Virus record (IMG/VR): IMGVR_UViG_3300034112_000721
Span: 32,001-96,000 of that record
DNA: 64,000 nucleotides
Direction: 5' to 3' (one strand)
Origin: a virus
The notes beneath the pieces are model-generated. The model did no database searches. It had not been told where the DNA came from and saw only the letters and a list, made by a program, of their open reading frames with translations. Below, piece by piece: positions 51,396 through 60,116 of the stretch (position 1 is the stretch's first letter; each line of letters begins with the position of its first letter). The translations under genes were made by a program, and so were the position numbers.

Positions 51396-51655
51396 TATAA
51401 TGTTGCTACCGTTAAATGTGCCACATATGCTTGATCAACAGTGTTCCAAACCATTGTTTTAGATACAAGGTATTTATCAGGATTAGCAGTAAAATATGCA
51501 TCAATTTGATCTTTCATATTTGTTGCATTTAAATCTGAAAATACAATCTCATCACAATTGCTTAATTGTGATAGTGCTAGTCCTTGTAAAACTTTTAGTT
51601 GATATGGAAAGTTATTTCCTTTATTTCCATAATCTTTTAAATTTCCTACTGACAT
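51395..51655 (-). CDS. Small structural protein sharing its N-terminus with 51674..52993
   Basis: MSVGNLKDYGNKGNNFPYQLKVLQGL. Confidence 0.65.
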   Translation of the reverse strand: MSVGNLKDYGNKGNNFPYQLKVLQGLALSQLSNCDEIVFSDLNATNMKDQIDAYFTANPDKYLVSKTMVWNTVDQAYVAHLTVATL

Positions 51656-51673
51656 AATTTCTATTTATTTTAA

Positions 51674-52993
51674 TTATCTACTTACTTCTTCCCAGTCTAT
51701 TGATGCAAACACACTTTCACCACCTGATGTAGTTCCTACAGCAACTTCAATTACTAATTCATAAGCAGTGCTTGTAAATGAGTTTCTTTCTAACTGCGTT
51801 GCAAAAAGAGCTTCTTTTAAAATGTTTATGGTTGGAGATCCTTGATTAGAAGAATTTAAATATCCTTGTGCTAATACTCTACCACCCGCAGTAGATGTTC
51901 CTGTAAGATTATACTCTACAGCTGAATCAGCACCTGCAGAAACCCAAGCACCACCAGTTATAGTAGCTGATTGCACAATTCTCCATGCATAGTTTTTACC
52001 ATTACCAGTACCAAGTATTGATATTGCTGTTGCAATTACAACAGCATCTAGTTTACTTGCTGTTAATTTAATTCCTACTATAGGATAAAATGTTCCTGCA
52101 ACAGCAAATGTTCTAGGTGTTGTAATTGGTGTACCAACAGCTTGTTGTCCACCTCTAAGTTCATATCCCCCTTCTGAAATTGCTGTAGAGCAAACTTGTT
52201 TTAATGTGCTACTATTTGCTGTAACTCCAGTATTTGTTATTTCATATCTAATTGGAAGAGATGCTGTAGTAATATAAGTTGATGTAACAAGATTGGCATG
52301 GTTAAACTTATGACATAATAAAAATACACCATCTATAATAAACCCAACTCTTACTGTTCCTTCACCTAACCACTCAATATCCATAAATAATATTTGAGCT
52401 TTAGTAATATCTAGAACTACACCAGAGGGACCATTACCATCTAAAGTATCTACATTCCATGCAGATTGATTTACTACAGTTTCAGTAACTACTCCAGTAA
52501 CTAAACTTCTTTCTACAAAACTTAGTGTTTGGTTATTTAATTGAAGATATATTCCGTTACTAGTTCCAAAATAACCAACTCTTTGTCTTAAGTTAGTTTG
52601 AGCAGGAGCCATCACAAATGTATTAAAAACTAAAAGTGATTTTCCAGGTTGATAGGAAAATACTTTAAGGGTTTCTCTTAATACTTGTGAGCCACTTGTA
52701 GTATTTACATTTAAGTTTACTAGTCCTTCATTTGCACTAAATACAGCAGCACCTCCACTAGCAGTAGATGTTGCCCATAAACCATTATCTTTATATCTAT
52801 GAGATGAATCAAATAATGTCAAAGGACTAGAAACTCTTTGCCTTCCAAAGGCATCAATAGCCATTGAATTGGCATTTGTAATGTTACCGGTTACTATACT
52901 ACTATTAATAGTATCTAACCCTTGCAACATTTTCAATTGCCAAGGAAAATTATTCCCTTTATTCCCGTAATCTTTTAGGTTGCCTACTGACAT
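51674..52993 (-). CDS. Virion structural/adsorption protein
   Basis: 439 aa, beta-rich; DAFGRQRVS...YQPGKS...DIEWLGEGTVRVGF. Confidence 0.6.
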   Translation of the reverse strand: MSVGNLKDYGNKGNNFPWQLKMLQGLDTINSSIVTGNITNANSMAIDAFGRQRVSSPLTLFDSSHRYKDNGLWATSTASGGAAVFSANEGLVNLNVNTTSGSQVLRETLKVFSYQPGKSLLVFNTFVMAPAQTNLRQRVGYFGTSNGIYLQLNNQTLSFVERSLVTGVVTETVVNQSAWNVDTLDGNGPSGVVLDITKAQILFMDIEWLGEGTVRVGFIIDGVFLLCHKFNHANLVTSTYITTASLPIRYEITNTGVTANSSTLKQVCSTAISEGGYELRGGQQAVGTPITTPRTFAVAGTFYPIVGIKLTASKLDAVVIATAISILGTGNGKNYAWRIVQSATITGGAWVSAGADSAVEYNLTGTSTAGGRVLAQGYLNSSNQGSPTINILKEALFATQLERNSFTSTAYELVIEVAVGTTSGGESVFASIDWEEVSR

Positions 52994-53068
52994 GATTATG
53001 TGTTTTTATAGATTATTAAATATATTGCCGGGACAATAAATGCCCCGACAAAAGTATTTTAACATCTA

Positions 53069-53539
53069 TTAGTTAATAATCATAAAGTGTACTTTAACTA
53101 TATTGTTTAATGCAGCATTTCCACCATTTGCTATAACAACCTTGAATGATCCAGCAGCAATATCAGATACACCAACTACAGGAATTCCTGTTGCAGCTTC
53201 ATCATATTGCACACTTACTAAAATGCGTGATGTAGCAGTTATGTTTGAGTTGTTTACTGTAAAAAATGTTTTAGCATTTGCAGCTAATGTAGAAGATACA
53301 GTAGTTATTACACCGTTTAATGTATCCAATGTTACAGCCGTTGTAATAGAAGTTAACTGAGTTACAGTACCTGTATTATACAAAGATTGTAAAGGTCCTG
53401 CATTTACTGCTAATGGTAACCAAGCATCATCTCTAGTTACATCTTTTGATCCAATTGCCAATAGATTAGGAACATCTGTTGGAAGAGTTTCTCTATAGTT
53501 TCCTGCTTTAATCCAGGAGATAAAATTTAAAACATCCAT
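53069..53539 (-). CDS. Short fibre/decoration protein
   Basis: MDVLNFISWIK anchor; GTVTQLTSITTAVTL...GVITT domain. Confidence 0.6.
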   Translation of the reverse strand: MDVLNFISWIKAGNYRETLPTDVPNLLAIGSKDVTRDDAWLPLAVNAGPLQSLYNTGTVTQLTSITTAVTLDTLNGVITTVSSTLAANAKTFFTVNNSNITATSRILVSVQYDEAATGIPVVGVSDIAAGSFKVVIANGGNAALNNIVKVHFMIIN

Positions 53540-53564
53540 GACTTTTTGTTTTTATATATTATTA

Positions 53565-54548
53565 TTAAATTCTTACAACTGATAAATATCTAGCTCCAAT
53601 TTGGTCTGTTGCACTTGATTGAACTGTAACTACAACATATATGTTTTGAGTCCAATCAATTGTTCCAACTGACATACCATTATCAAATATACTTGAATTA
53701 TATGTAGCTGCATTTGCTCCAATTCCAGAATCTGAAAAGCCATCACTTGGAAGACCCAATGGTAAAAATTGTAAAGTTGATCCTGAAAAGAAAATATCTT
53801 TTTCAATTTTTACAATTTTTTGACCTGAGCCATTAGTTGCTGTATCAACTTCAGCAATTAATGTTGCTCCTGCAGTAAAATAATCAATTCCTTGAAAAGG
53901 AACATTATTTGAAACATACACTCTTACAACCATAGTGTTTGCAGATGCTATTTTTTGTAAAGCAGTTTTAATTGCAAAAATTGGTCTAATAGAATTATTA
54001 AAAGTATTAGCCGGTATTGTTGAAAAAGAAACAACTGTATTAAATGGTGAAGATGCTGAAACTAATCCTGATGGTACTGCGCTAAAATTAGGATTTGAAC
54101 TTCCTGCAGGTCCAACAGGACCTTGGATTCCTTGAGGACCTTGGGGACCAGTGGCTCCTTGAGAAGCTAATAAAGCCCAATTTAAAGGATCTGTAGCAGG
54201 GTTTGTAGGAGATGGTCCAACAGGATTAATACAAAAATATGATGCTCCACCAAAACCTACTGCATCATTTAATACATAAACTCCAGCTGCTGACCATGAT
54301 CCTTGCCAGTTAAGCCCTGCTGGTCCTACTGGTCCTGGTACACCTTGAGGTCCAATTGGTCCTTGTGCACCAGCTGGTATATTTGCTGCAACTTGTGTTG
54401 TAAAATTTTGTACAGAAATTGCACCTGTTAAATATTCATCATCTCTTCTATCATCTTGAAGAGCTACAGGTAGTAATGTTTTATTAGGATCAACAGAGTT
54501 AACCACTCTACGTCCTCTAATCCAAGAGATAAAATTTAAAATGTCCAT
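53565..54548 (-). CDS. Collagen-like fibre protein with a CBM5/12-like module
   Basis: MDILNFISWIR anchor; GxY triplets flanking WQGSWS...Y...DAV...GASY. Confidence 0.7.
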   Translation of the reverse strand: MDILNFISWIRGRRVVNSVDPNKTLLPVALQDDRRDDEYLTGAISVQNFTTQVAANIPAGAQGPIGPQGVPGPVGPAGLNWQGSWSAAGVYVLNDAVGFGGASYFCINPVGPSPTNPATDPLNWALLASQGATGPQGPQGIQGPVGPAGSSNPNFSAVPSGLVSASSPFNTVVSFSTIPANTFNNSIRPIFAIKTALQKIASANTMVVRVYVSNNVPFQGIDYFTAGATLIAEVDTATNGSGQKIVKIEKDIFFSGSTLQFLPLGLPSDGFSDSGIGANAATYNSSIFDNGMSVGTIDWTQNIYVVVTVQSSATDQIGARYLSVVRI

Positions 54549-54610
54549 TTCTAAATAATTATATACATTATATCTATAATATAATGAAAATTATTTAGAT
54601 AACAAATTAA

Positions 54611-54745
54611 TTAAGATATTATATCCCCAATTTCTAATATGTCAGAAATGATATAAGTTGTTTCTGAAAGCATGTATAGATTTTCTTCTTCTATACTTAT
54701 AATATTTTCTACCTTATTATCTACTATTATTGCTACTCTTAACAT
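54611..54745 (-). CDS. 44-aa fibre-associated protein
   Basis: Translated by hand: MLRVAIIVDNKVENIISIEEENLYMLSETTYIISDILEIGDIIS; TAATG-coupled to the Gly-rich fibre gene. Confidence 0.65.
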   Translation of the reverse strand: MLRVAIIVDNKVENIISIEEENLYMLSETTYIISDILEIGDIIS

Positions 54746-56550
54746 TAGAAGTAAGTTATAATTATACAAAACCCATTTCCTCCAGTTCCTCCACCACCTG
54801 AGTTTGCACCATTTGTAGATGCACCACCACCAGCACCACCAGCACCAGGTCCACCGTTACCACCTTTTCCACCAGCTATTGTGCCCGCAGCATCTCCTGA
54901 ATTTCCACCACTACCACCAGTTGAGAAAAACAATCCGGAAGGGCTATTAGTTATTAAACTGCCATTATTACCACTTGCACCTACAGTTCCAGATACAGTA
55001 ACACTTGCTATTATTTGAGCTGTAGCAAGACCTGTTAAGTTCATACCTCCACCAGTATTAGTAGCATTTACTGTGCTAAGACCTCCTCCTTGTCCACCAG
55101 CCATTAATGGTCTAGATATATAAGTTGTTGTACCTCCAGAAAAGTTAGCTGGTCCAACAGAACCAGTACCAAAAATTGATGTAGTATAAATTACACCAAA
55201 CATTATTGAGTTACCAATACCAGAGCTACCTTGTGATGCTGCAGTTCCACCTAATCCACCAAATCCATTTCCAGTACTAAGTTTTGCTGTAGTAGAAACA
55301 CCTGTTCCTCCAAAGAAAGATGGTGCTCCTGTTCCTCCTGCTGCACCATTAGTATCATTGACTCCTATAGCTGAAGCACCTGTTCCACCAACACCAATCC
55401 AAACATTTTCTGTAGACCCTAAGTTGTTTGCATTTATTTTAGCAATGTTAAAAGAACCAGAAGACCCACCCCCACCGCCATATCTAGCTGTACTTGCTGC
55501 ACCTCTTCTACCTGAAGCACCTCCACCACCTCCTCCAACTAAATAAATTTCAACATATTTTGCATTAGCAGGTTTTGTCCATACACCACTAGATAAGAAA
55601 ATTTGAGTATCTATTAGTGATTCTGTTGATGTATAATTAGGAATATTTAAAGTAGAACCTGTAAGTGTAGCTGCACCTGACGTACCTGTAGTAGTTAAAC
55701 TAAGTATTGGCTGATATGTGCTTGCTGCTGTTGCTGATGTAAGATAAGGTAATAAAGCAGATGATGTTATATAACCAGCAGGGTTAGCATTATCATAGGG
55801 TGTATAACCAAGAGCAGTAGTAATATCAAAAGCTGTAATTCCTGAAATATAACCTGAAGGGTTGCTGCTATCATAGGGAACATACCCTAAAGCACTAGTA
55901 ACCATTGATCCTGATATGGCATTTAAGTAACCAGCTGGGTTACTAGAATCATATGGTGTGTATCCTAGTGCAGTTGTTACATCTAAACTTGTTATACCTG
56001 TGATATATCCATTAGGATTTGTAAGTGGATAATAAGTACTAGCTGCTACAGCAGAAGTTAAATAACCTGAGAGAGCTGCACTTGTAATGTATCCAGCTGG
56101 ATTAGTACTGTTATATGGTGTAAACCCTAATGCGGTTGTTACCATTAAACTAGTTATTCCAGAAATATATCCAGAAGGATTAGTTAAAGGATAGTATGTA
56201 CTTGCTGCAGTAGCAGAAGTTAAATATGGTGTTAGTGCAGTAGAATTAATATATCCCGCTGGATTGGCTGAGTCATATGGTGTATATCCAAGAGCACTGG
56301 TAACCATAGACCCAGATATAGCGTTTAAATAACCTGCAGGATTTGAACTTAATGGATAATAGTACATATTATATGTAGATACTCCTAAATTCCAATCTAC
56401 TCCTGGGTTAGGATAAGTACCATAAAGGTCCCCACCTGCTGGTCCAGTAGGAGATCCACCACCTCCACCAGTAGTTTTTGGTTTACCATCAGGACCAGTT
56501 ATCTCAATCCCACCACCAAATACATTACCATTACTATCTATTACTTGCAT
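54745..56550 (-). CDS. Tail fibre with NPxGY/ALGYTPY repeats and a Gly-rich receptor-binding domain
   Basis: Eight NPxGY and five ALG(Y/F)xPY repeats; C-terminal FLSSGVWTKP...VGGGGGG Gly-rich domain. Confidence 0.8.
   Translation of the reverse strand: MQVIDSNGNVFGGGIEITGPDGKPKTTGGGGGSPTGPAGGDLYGTYPNPGVDWNLGVSTYNMYYYPLSSNPAGYLNAISGSMVTSALGYTPYDSANPAGYINSTALTPYLTSATAASTYYPLTNPSGYISGITSLMVTTALGFTPYNSTNPAGYITSAALSGYLTSAVAASTYYPLTNPNGYITGITSLDVTTALGYTPYDSSNPAGYLNAISGSMVTSALGYVPYDSSNPSGYISGITAFDITTALGYTPYDNANPAGYITSSALLPYLTSATAASTYQPILSLTTTGTSGAATLTGSTLNIPNYTSTESLIDTQIFLSSGVWTKPANAKYVEIYLVGGGGGGASGRRGAASTARYGGGGGSSGSFNIAKINANNLGSTENVWIGVGGTGASAIGVNDTNGAAGGTGAPSFFGGTGVSTTAKLSTGNGFGGLGGTAASQGSSGIGNSIMFGVIYTTSIFGTGSVGPANFSGGTTTYISRPLMAGGQGGGLSTVNATNTGGGMNLTGLATAQIIASVTVSGTVGASGNNGSLITNSPSGLFFSTGGSGGNSGDAAGTIAGGKGGNGGPGAGGAGGGASTNGANSGGGGTGGNGFCIIITYF
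55690..56365 (-). repeat. Degenerate tandem coding repeats in the fibre shaft
   Basis: Protein-level repeats with synonymous DNA divergence. Confidence 0.75.
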
Positions 56551-56552
56551 AT

Positions 56553-56861
56553 CTATTGAGCATAATCTGTACCGTAAACATAGTATGATGTTCCTACTAT
56601 ATCACTATATACAATTAATTGATCTCCTGGGTTTAGGGCATATATGGTATTATCAGTAACTGAATCCCCAGCAGATAGATTAAATTCATATATTGTTTCA
56701 GTAGATGCTGTTAAAGCATCATATCTAGTTAAGGTAAGTATGTAAGCTGCTGGATTATAAAACTTTAATAATGTTATTTTAGTAGATAAGGGTCCGGCTA
56801 TACCAGTATATATTACTGTACCTAAAACACTTACTTGACCCTGATTTATAATTTCTGCCAT
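56553..56861 (-). CDS. Small beta-rich structural protein
   Basis: 102 aa; LNPGDQLIV motif; overlaps the fibre start region. Confidence 0.6.
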   Translation of the reverse strand: MAEIINQGQVSVLGTVIYTGIAGPLSTKITLLKFYNPAAYILTLTRYDALTASTETIYEFNLSAGDSVTDNTIYALNPGDQLIVYSDIVGTSYYVYGTDYAQ

Positions 56862-56873
56862 AAACTAATATAC

Positions 56874-56906
56874 AAAAAAATCCCCAGCTTTGCAACTGGG
56901 GATTAT
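56874..56906 (-). terminator. Intrinsic terminator
   Basis: ATCCCCAG-TTGCAAAG-CTGGGGAT followed by TTTTTT. Confidence 0.8.
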
Positions 56907-56941
56907 AGCCTGAAGTAAACCATTGGAAAGAAGAGAACAGG

Positions 56942-57133
56942 CTAAAGTAGTAGGCCAATGGTAAATGCAAAAAACAACATAAAGAATACACAGACTATTG
57001 CCAGTTTAATACTATCTTCATCTGATACATATTCTTTTTTGAGTTTGTCATATGCAGGTTTATACATCACATGTGCAACCATCCATAATATTGCTATTGC
57101 AGATAATAACATTATGATAGATAAAACCTTCAT
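56942..57133 (-). CDS. Small two-TM membrane protein
   Basis: 63 aa with two hydrophobic helices. Confidence 0.65.
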   Translation of the reverse strand: MKVLSIIMLLSAIAILWMVAHVMYKPAYDKLKKEYVSDEDSIKLAIVCVFFMLFFAFTIGLLL

Positions 57134-57387
57134 TACTTCATATTTAATAGCTTCTCAACAATTAATTGAGCAGCTGTAATTTGGCCAATTGCTTGATCAA
57201 ATAATAAACTCTTTACTGGAGATTTAGATTGGTTATAATTTTCTTTTAACATCTCAGCTATCTTAGAAATTGATCTTCTTATTTCTAAAATTTCTTCTGT
57301 CTCTGTAAATTCTTCTTTATCTAAACCAACTAAGATATCTCCAAAAGAATAGATCTTAGTTTCTTTAAAAGCTACTTGCTCACTCAT
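57133..57387 (-). CDS. Acb2/Tad1-like helical-hairpin protein (candidate nucleotide sponge)
   Basis: SFGDILVGL...SLLFDQAIGQITAAQLIVEKLL resembles the FG-VG...S-AIT-Q-AQM-AVK pattern as I recall it. Confidence 0.4.
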   Translation of the reverse strand: MSEQVAFKETKIYSFGDILVGLDKEEFTETEEILEIRRSISKIAEMLKENYNQSKSPVKSLLFDQAIGQITAAQLIVEKLLNMK

Positions 57388-57692
57388 AATCTATCAATTC
57401 TTCTTTGTAAATATACTAAAGCTTTTTGTAAATCCTCTTTCTTACTAGAAGTTTTTTTACCCGCTCTTGCTAAATATTTTATAACATTCCCCAGATAGAA
57501 ATCTTCATCTAAACCCCAAGCTTCTAATACATTAAATACTTCATAAGTATTCCCTGCACCACCATAATACTTAGGCCTATCAAGATTTATAATTCTATCT
57601 TTTAATGGTATCTCTTTAGATATTATTCTATCAAAAGGTGTACTCATTTTACTTTGATAGAGATCTTCTGATTCTTGTGTAAAGTTTACCAT
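57384..57692 (-). CDS. DUF3310 (SaV-like) protein
   Basis: PKYY...FYLGNVIKYLARAGKK...EDLQKALVYL. Confidence 0.85.
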   Translation of the reverse strand: MVNFTQESEDLYQSKMSTPFDRIISKEIPLKDRIINLDRPKYYGGAGNTYEVFNVLEAWGLDEDFYLGNVIKYLARAGKKTSSKKEDLQKALVYLQRRIDRL

Positions 57693-58060
57693 ACAATTGC
57701 AATATCTCTTTCAGCAACCATTAACTTCATTCCATCCTCAAGCTCTACTGCTTCAGATGCTTGTAACCCGGTAATTCCCATGTACACTTTATCCCCCACC
57801 TTTACACTTGATACTTCATCCCCTACTGCATAAACTTCTAGTTTAGTCCATGTCTTTCTCATATCCATTTCAAGTGCAAGCTTGTCAGCTTCACTTAATT
57901 CAAATGGAGATTCTTTTACTTCTGGTTTATTTAATAAAACCCTTTTTCCTTTTAGTTGCATTGTATTGGTTTTTAATTTTTCAAATAATTCTCTAGCTTG
58001 CAAGTTGTCTTCTGCAAGAGTAGTAGCCTTTTCCCAAAGTACTTTTTCTTCTAGAGTCAC
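57686..58060 (-). CDS. groES: GroES-like co-chaperonin (start either GTG 58060 or ATG 57961)
   Basis: MQLKGKRVLL...EVYAVGDEV..VKVGDKVY...VAERDI. Confidence 0.7.
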   Translation of the reverse strand: MTLEEKVLWEKATTLAEDNLQARELFEKLKTNTMQLKGKRVLLNKPEVKESPFELSEADKLALEMDMRKTWTKLEVYAVGDEVSSVKVGDKVYMGITGLQASEAVELEDGMKLMVAERDIAIVW

Positions 58061-58081
58061 AGACAAATATAAATAAAAAAT

Positions 58082-58219
58082 TTATTTACCTTGTCCTCTA
58101 TATAACTTTTTATAATTCTTGCTTGCTTTAAGTTTGCTAATTTTAGTTTTAGCATGTACTCCTGGACGGGATACTTTTACTGCAACTATTTTTTTTGGAG
58201 CTTCTTTTATTTTTGCCAT
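58082..58219 (-). CDS. 45-aa basic protein ending in YRGQGK
   Basis: Translated by hand: MAKIKEAPKKIVAVKVSRPGVHAKTKISKLKASKNYKKLYRGQGK. Confidence 0.75.
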   Translation of the reverse strand: MAKIKEAPKKIVAVKVSRPGVHAKTKISKLKASKNYKKLYRGQGK

Positions 58220-58254
58220 GATATAAATAATTAAGTACTATATAATATACTCAA

Positions 58255-58887
58255 TTATTCGTTATCATAAAACATTCTTTCTGAATCTTCTGTATGCCAC
58301 TTATCAAATCCCTCACAGTTATAGTAATCTTTATTAACTAAGTAATCTGGTTTTTCAGGGAATGGTTTAGTTACAAAACTTGGTTCAGACCACTTGATTC
58401 TATTATTTGGTTGAAGAGCTATTTGTCCGTTGTCAAGTAAAATCACATGATGACTCTTGTGTTCTAGTGGGTCTTCTGCTAAAGATATGTCAGTATTAAT
58501 ATCTCCGCTACCCCAGTTTATTGTTGCATAGTAACTACCTGGGTAGAACTTGTGATCTTTCATATATACTTCTACAGGAGTATCATACAAATATGATAGA
58601 TGTAACAAAGTAAAGTTATAAGAGAAACAATTCCATATCTGTAGAAAGTGAAATGGTAGATCTGGATCTGGTAACTCAGGCTTAGTCAGTAGGGCATGGC
58701 TTGGTAACTTGTCTCTAAGTACGCCATTCTCTAACAATACCTGGAACAATGCTGCTTGTCCTGGTAGACATCTTACAGATATAATTACCCCCGGGGTAAA
58801 TTCTCCATGACCTTTTGTACCTTGGTACATGTACTCATTCCTAACAAATACCTTGAGAGGAAAGAAGTTGTGTTCTATGTATGCCAT
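58255..58887 (-). CDS. Conserved phage protein of unknown function
   Basis: VRNEY...GHGEF...QIWNCFSY...EHKSHH...NGQIALQPNNR motifs, widespread in aquatic phages. Confidence 0.7.
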   Translation of the reverse strand: MAYIEHNFFPLKVFVRNEYMYQGTKGHGEFTPGVIISVRCLPGQAALFQVLLENGVLRDKLPSHALLTKPELPDPDLPFHFLQIWNCFSYNFTLLHLSYLYDTPVEVYMKDHKFYPGSYYATINWGSGDINTDISLAEDPLEHKSHHVILLDNGQIALQPNNRIKWSEPSFVTKPFPEKPDYLVNKDYYNCEGFDKWHTEDSERMFYDNE

Positions 58888-59330
58888 TATTTCTTAAAGA
58901 AGTTTTTCTTTGGTTGTTCCTTTGTACTAAATCCTAGCTTTTCAATTATCTTGTTTGCTTCATCTTCAGCAAAGGTAATAGCTTCTTCTTCTTTATCCTT
59001 GATATTCCAGTTATTTAATAAAAGACTCATATGCATAGTTTCATGCATAACAGCTGTGGCTTTCTCTGTAAGAGAGTATTTCTTAAATGTCCCTAGATTA
59101 ATAAATAGAAATGGTTTGTATGGGGCTTTTGCTGTTAGCTTTTTATCAGCGGGATCATAGTTAGTAAAACCATAAATATAAACCCCATTGCCAACAGTCT
59201 TATCTACTTCTTCTGCCTTGGCATCTTTACGGTTTAACCCGTGCATTTCTGTAACGTCATAGTAATCAAATATCTCAGTAGCATTATTACCAGCTATTAA
59301 GATATATTTACCCATATCATACTCTTTCAT
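58887..59330 (-). CDS. HEXXH zincin-like metallopeptidase
   Basis: AVMHETMH...EEEAIT. Confidence 0.6.
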   Translation of the reverse strand: MKEYDMGKYILIAGNNATEIFDYYDVTEMHGLNRKDAKAEEVDKTVGNGVYIYGFTNYDPADKKLTAKAPYKPFLFINLGTFKKYSLTEKATAVMHETMHMSLLLNNWNIKDKEEEAITFAEDEANKIIEKLGFSTKEQPKKNFFKK

Positions 59331-59340
59331 AACACTAGTT

Positions 59341-59946
59341 TTAGATATCTGTAGATTCTAGCAAAGTATAAGAAAACTTATTGCCATGTATCTTAGCTGC
59401 CCTTTTACATATGGACATAAACTCATTAAAGTCTTTTACTCTTTTAAACACTTGACATCCCTCACTCCAATTCTCTACCCATGTGCTGTCAGTACCTGCT
59501 TTGTGAATATTAATTCCAAATATGCCGGTATCTTTTACCTTTTCATCAAACACTAAATCTTTATTAGCATCTCTCCATACAGTAACATTACCTAGTCTCT
59601 GGCATAATGCATCATATTTGCCCTGGTGTTTATCAACCATCCATGTTGATCTATACTGCCCAGGTACTAGTCTTGCTACACCCTTGGCATTGTGGAATTG
59701 TTGTACTCCCTTTTTGCCCGGGTCAGTAGTTGCATTCCAGCAGAAAAAGTTCCAGTTACCTAAGCTATCCTTAAATGTAATGGTAATACAATCATCAAAT
59801 ACATTGGTTACTTTTCTATAAACTGCTGGAGAATTATTGCGGACACCCACAACATTAACATCATACCCTTTATTAGCAGCATCTTCAAACCACTTATAAC
59901 CTTTAGCTTTTACAGCACGTTCTATTTGCTCTCTAGTATAACACAT
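59341..59946 (-). CDS. L,D-transpeptidase-like (YkuD-type) peptidoglycan enzyme
   Basis: ATTDPG...GQY...GINIHKAG...NWSEGCQV (His...SxGC). Confidence 0.7.
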   Translation of the reverse strand: MCYTREQIERAVKAKGYKWFEDAANKGYDVNVVGVRNNSPAVYRKVTNVFDDCITITFKDSLGNWNFFCWNATTDPGKKGVQQFHNAKGVARLVPGQYRSTWMVDKHQGKYDALCQRLGNVTVWRDANKDLVFDEKVKDTGIFGINIHKAGTDSTWVENWSEGCQVFKRVKDFNEFMSICKRAAKIHGNKFSYTLLESTDI

Positions 59947-59969
59947 ATCCTTTTACTTTAATATACAAA

Positions 59970-60101
59970 TTATTTCCGGATACTAGTCTTACTATAAGCA
60001 TCACACTTTTGAGTAGACTTACATCCCGTCATAAGATACCCTATAGCCAAACCTATGCATATACCAAATACACATAAGCAAAATACTTTCCATTTTTCCA
60101 T
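59970..60101 (-). CDS. 43-aa lipoprotein (CKS...CDAY family)
   Basis: Translated by hand: MEKWKVFCLCVFGICIGLAIGYLMTGCKSTQKCDAYSKTSIRK. Confidence 0.7.
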   Translation of the reverse strand: MEKWKVFCLCVFGICIGLAIGYLMTGCKSTQKCDAYSKTSIRK

Positions 60102-60105
60102 ACAA

Positions 60106-60113
60106 CAAATATA
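60106..60113 (-). promoter_or_regulatory. Bacteroidota-type -7 promoter element TATATTTG (also at 26437, 49506, 58064, 60185)
   Basis: Exact TAnnTTTG matches in five intergenic gaps, oriented with the downstream genes. Confidence 0.7.
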
Positions 60114-60116
60114 ATA

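Noticed and set aside
51395-56550. Diversity-generating retroelement or invertase shufflon acting on the fibre genes
   Set aside because: No reverse transcriptase, recombinase, template/variable repeat pair or inverted crossover sites are visible in the window
1724-56991. Short minus-strand alternate-frame ORFs (1724..1972, 10560..10748, 16265..16480, 18817..19017, 33148..33378, 38825..39070, 39336..39533, 46390..46725, 56779..56991)
   Set aside because: They are nested in or overlap better-supported genes and show no independent signals
1896-59821. Many plus-strand ORFs in the track within 1-60 kb (e.g. 2869..3183, 4571..4900, 15922..16356, 58807..59160)
   Set aside because: They are antisense shadows of long minus-strand genes, lack leaders and have atypical composition
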